A stretch of DNA of 63,986 nt, filler included, from an uncultured bacterium (GTDB lineage Bacteria; Auribacterota; CAZIXI01): the NCBI GenBank assembly GCA_964543115.1. It is 4 parts of 4 records of this genome, joined end to end, with 100 filler letters (N's around TTAATTAATTAA, not from the genome) between each part and the next. Parts side by side here need not be neighbours in the genome. Positions count along the whole stretch, not along the records: positions 52,219 to 63,986 come from CAZIXI010000094.1; 3 more parts are not named here. One strand, given 5' to 3'. Under the pieces are notes generated by a model. The model was not told the origin of the DNA. It made no database searches and saw nothing but the letters and a program-made list of their open reading frames with translations. Shown here piece after piece: positions 61,398 to 63,986 of the stretch (its first letter is position 1; every line of letters begins with the position of its first letter). Position numbers and translations under genes: made by a program.

Positions 61398-63140
61398 ATG
61401 AATTACAAATTCAATAAACAATTGCTTATCATTTTTGTAATAGTTTTACTGTTGGGCAATAGTGTGGCCTGGGCAGGTGGCGGACTGTTGTCGGGGAAAC
61501 TGGCGGCGGGGAGTGCTTTTGCTGATCTGGGTCGGGTTGCGGGAGGGCCTTTTGCCGCAAGAAGTCGGAGACGGATTGTTAATCAGCCCGAAGTAGAGCA
61601 GGTGGTGTATATTTCACCTGAGATAACACCGTTTTCCAAGACCGGGGGCTTGGCGGATGTGTCCAATGAACTGCCCAAGGCGGTTGCCGCCGGCGGGATG
61701 AATGTAAGCGTAATAACGCTGAAATATAAGAATACGCCGGCTGCTGGTTTAGTGGATACTGGCTTGAGTGTGAATGTAAGAATGGGAATGGAGGTTATCA
61801 GGACCAAGATCTGGGAAAAGAAATCTGGGAATATGACTGTCTATCTTCTGGAGAATGGGAAAATGACCACTGAGATTTATTCCGGTGATTCCCTCAAACA
61901 GGCTTTGTTTCTTTCGGAGGCCACATTTGCCGCAGTGGAATTGTTGGTTAGAGTAAAGAAANNNNNNNNNNCCCAAATAATGCATGCTAATGATTGGCAG
62001 ACGGCGCTTATTCCGGTATTTCTTAAGGCCAAATATAACCATCATCCGATATTCTCTGAAGTTGCTTCAGTGTTTTCTATTCACAATCTTGCCTATCAGG
62101 GAGGAAAGTATAATCGGTTCCCGCGAGAACGATTCCCGGAGTTGGAGATAGGTGGGGAACATTGGTATGGCCTGGAGAGGCCTGACGATTCGGAAGGATT
62201 TAATCTGATGCGCGGGGCAATATATCATGCGGATAAGATTGTGGCTGTATCACCAAATTATAGCCGGGAAATACAGACCGCTGCCTATGGTGAAGGGCTG
62301 GATCCTGATTTAAGAGAGAGGACAGATGATATAGAGGGTATTATTAACGGTGTTAGTAAAGAAGAATGGGAACCGGTTGAGATTCAGGATAAACCAAAGG
62401 CAAAGAAGGAATTGCAGAAAATGCTGGGTTTAGAGGTAAATGCAAAGATTCCCTTGATTGGTATGGCTACCCGCCTTACCGACCAGAAGAATGTTGACCA
62501 TGTTTTAAAAGTTATTGAGCGGACATTGATTGAAACCGGAGGAGCGATACAATTTGTCTTTATGGGTAAAGGACATCCTGATGATCCCTATTACCATCGG
62601 ATGAGTGAAGAGATGGATAGGTTGAGTGCTGATCCCAGATGGCGAGGAAAGTTGAAATTTGTGGTTAAGTTATCTCATGAAGAATCAAAAAAGGTATTTC
62701 GCGGTATTGATCTTTATCTTATGCCCTCAAAGTTTGAGCCGTGCGGAACAAAACAGCAGGTGGCGCTTATTAATGGAGCGCCAGTGGTGGCGCGCCGGAC
62801 CGGGGGGTTGGTTAATACTGTCTGGGAATATGATCCGCAGACCGGGCAGGGCAATGGGTTTATGTTTAATAATGTAGACGAAGAGGAGTTTTACCAGGCG
62901 TTGAAGCGGGCCTTGTATTATTATACCTTGCCGGAAGAGTGGCAGAAGATAATCCATAACGCGCAAGCGACTGACCGAAGTTGGAATCTGCCGGCCCAGG
63001 AATATCAAGAAGTGTACCGCGGTGCTTTGGTCAGGAAACATTCATATAAGAATGAAGATTTAGCGAGGGCTAACGGAATTTCCCTGGTTGGATTGCCTGG
63101 GGAGCGGCAAGTTGAGCAAGTCTTACCTGAATCTATCTAG
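61398..63140 (+). CDS. Glycogen synthase (GT5)-like protein with an N-terminal signal peptide
   Basis: MNYKFNKQLLIIFVIVLLLGNSVAWA...KLAAGSAF, then PFSKTGGLADV, HANDWQTALIP, FSIHNLAYQG, MPSKFEPCG, RRTGGLVNTV. 10-N gap at 61962-61971. Confidence 0.9.
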   Translation: MNYKFNKQLLIIFVIVLLLGNSVAWAGGGLLSGKLAAGSAFADLGRVAGGPFAARSRRRIVNQPEVEQVVYISPEITPFSKTGGLADVSNELPKAVAAGGMNVSVITLKYKNTPAAGLVDTGLSVNVRMGMEVIRTKIWEKKSGNMTVYLLENGKMTTEIYSGDSLKQALFLSEATFAAVELLVRVKKXXXXQIMHANDWQTALIPVFLKAKYNHHPIFSEVASVFSIHNLAYQGGKYNRFPRERFPELEIGGEHWYGLERPDDSEGFNLMRGAIYHADKIVAVSPNYSREIQTAAYGEGLDPDLRERTDDIEGIINGVSKEEWEPVEIQDKPKAKKELQKMLGLEVNAKIPLIGMATRLTDQKNVDHVLKVIERTLIETGGAIQFVFMGKGHPDDPYYHRMSEEMDRLSADPRWRGKLKFVVKLSHEESKKVFRGIDLYLMPSKFEPCGTKQQVALINGAPVVARRTGGLVNTVWEYDPQTGQGNGFMFNNVDEEEFYQALKRALYYYTLPEEWQKIIHNAQATDRSWNLPAQEYQEVYRGALVRKHSYKNEDLARANGISLVGLPGERQVEQVLPESI

Positions 63141-63213
63141 GTAATTGGGGAAGAGGAAAAATACGCTCTGTTGACAGATAACTATGTTCTATAATTGTAA
63201 TATAGTCAGTCTA

Positions 63214-63242
63214 TTGACAAAAGTCCATTTTTAGTGTATATT
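63214..63242 (+). promoter_or_regulatory. Sigma70 promoter upstream of riboswitch 2
   Basis: TTGACA-17 nt-TATATT; a second TTGACA at 63171. Confidence 0.7.
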
Positions 63243-63281
63243 ATACTAGTGATGTAAATATTTAATAAATTATAATAAACG

Positions 63282-63368
63282 CTTCGAAAATGGTTAATTC
63301 CAAGTAATTGGAAGGCGCAAAACCGCGGGTCCTTGTTAAGAAAAGAACAGGAAAGCCGGGTTGCCGAA
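63282..63368 (+). ncRNA. c-di-GMP-I (GEMM) riboswitch aptamer
   Basis: TTCGAAAATGGTTAA-TTCCAA-GTAA-TTGGAA-GGCGCAAA-ACCGCGGGTCCT...GGAAAGCCGGGTT-GCCGAA. Confidence 0.88.
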
Positions 63369-63396
63369 AAGTGTTTTTGGCGATCCGGCTTTTTCT
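63352..63396 (+). terminator. Intrinsic terminator overlapping the 3' side of riboswitch 2
   Basis: GCCGGGTTGCCGAAAA-GTG-TTTTTGGCGATCCGGC hairpin followed by TTTTTCT. Confidence 0.8.
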
Positions 63397-63426
63397 GTGT
63401 GTATGATAATTATGAAGATAACTTTT

Positions 63427-63986
63427 ATGAAGAAGTTCTTGTCTACGATTATAATTATTATTTTAATCTGGAATAGTGTTACTTGGGCAAATACCAGTTT
63501 AGTTGGTGCCGATAAATTGGCAGCTGCTAGTGCTTTTTCGGGACTTGAGGAAGAGGAACAACAGATTCGTCTAGAAGGAGCAGTTGGTCAGCCAAAAACT
63601 TTTGGCCCGGAAGGATTGTCCCAGCCTTTAAGTAGAAAAGAGATTACCATTGAGTCTGCTTTTGCTGGTATTAGTCTTGACTTGGATAATGCCGGGCAAC
63701 CGTGTTCTTATGATGAATATCTTGATGTTTATACTGAACAGGGAGAGTTTACTGGGGAAAGCCGGCCGCGTTCTGAGGTTCATCGTCAGGGGTATTGGCA
63801 CAGAACCGCTAATGTTCTTATGTTTAACAGTAAGGGGCAGCTGCTTCTCCAGCAGCGGGCGCCGGATAAGGATACTGATCCCAATAAATTATCGGCATCT
63901 GCCGGCGGGCACCTGGGTGCGGGTGAAAGTTATCTAGATGGAGCAATGTATGAAGTCATAGAAGAGGTGGGTCTCCATCCGGATTC
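63427..63986 (+). CDS. Exported family protein beginning with a Nudix hydrolase domain (IDI/YfcD-like); 3'-truncated by the window edge
   Basis: Manual translation: MKKFLSTIIIIILIWNSVTWA...DKLAAASAF...EYLDVY...HRQGYWHRTANVLMFNSKGQLLLQQRAPDKDTDPNKLSASAGGHLGAGESYLDGAMYEVIEEVG. Absent from the ORF track. In-frame ATGs at 63403 and 63412 are alternative starts. Confidence 0.9.
   Translation, partial: MKKFLSTIIIIILIWNSVTWANTSLVGADKLAAASAFSGLEEEEQQIRLEGAVGQPKTFGPEGLSQPLSRKEITIESAFAGISLDLDNAGQPCSYDEYLDVYTEQGEFTGESRPRSEVHRQGYWHRTANVLMFNSKGQLLLQQRAPDKDTDPNKLSASAGGHLGAGESYLDGAMYEVIEEVGLHPD

Overview
The window is four unrelated ~12-17 kb contigs of a bacterial draft genome or MAG, joined by artificial N44-TTAATTAATTAA-N44 linkers (17489-17588, 34962-35061, 52119-52218), so adjacency across linkers is meaningless. 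No rRNA, tRNA, CRISPR array or transposase was seen. Contig B carries V/A-type ATPase subunits I and K split by a B12-radical SAM gene, a radical SAM/methyltransferase/glycosyltransferase cluster and an LptF/G permease. Most of the rest encodes a family of large to giant proteins. One >=4243-aa ORF (1-12729, minus) and one at 63427 to the window edge are absent from the supplied ORF track because they run off the window, and the three track ORFs at 35010-52043 are probably one ~5,700-aa protein broken by 10-N gaps. Family members share a signal peptide followed by an L[AS][APS]xS motif, recurrent HExxH modules and a C-terminal ...[AS]A-stop motif. They carry normally cytoplasmic enzyme domains: RelA/SpoT synthetase and hydrolase, GlnD-type HD, guanylate kinase x3, Nudix x2, PEP carboxykinase, glycogen synthase, cupin and a 1,3-beta-glucan synthase (FKS/GT48)-like domain. 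Two members lie directly downstream of c-di-GMP-I (GEMM) riboswitches with overlapping terminators. The best candidate for an undescribed system is a c-di-GMP-switched family of exported multi-enzyme polyproteins. The gene style resembles Candidatus Omnitrophota giant genes (inference, not tested). All domain calls come from manual translation and motif recognition, and domain boundaries are approximate.
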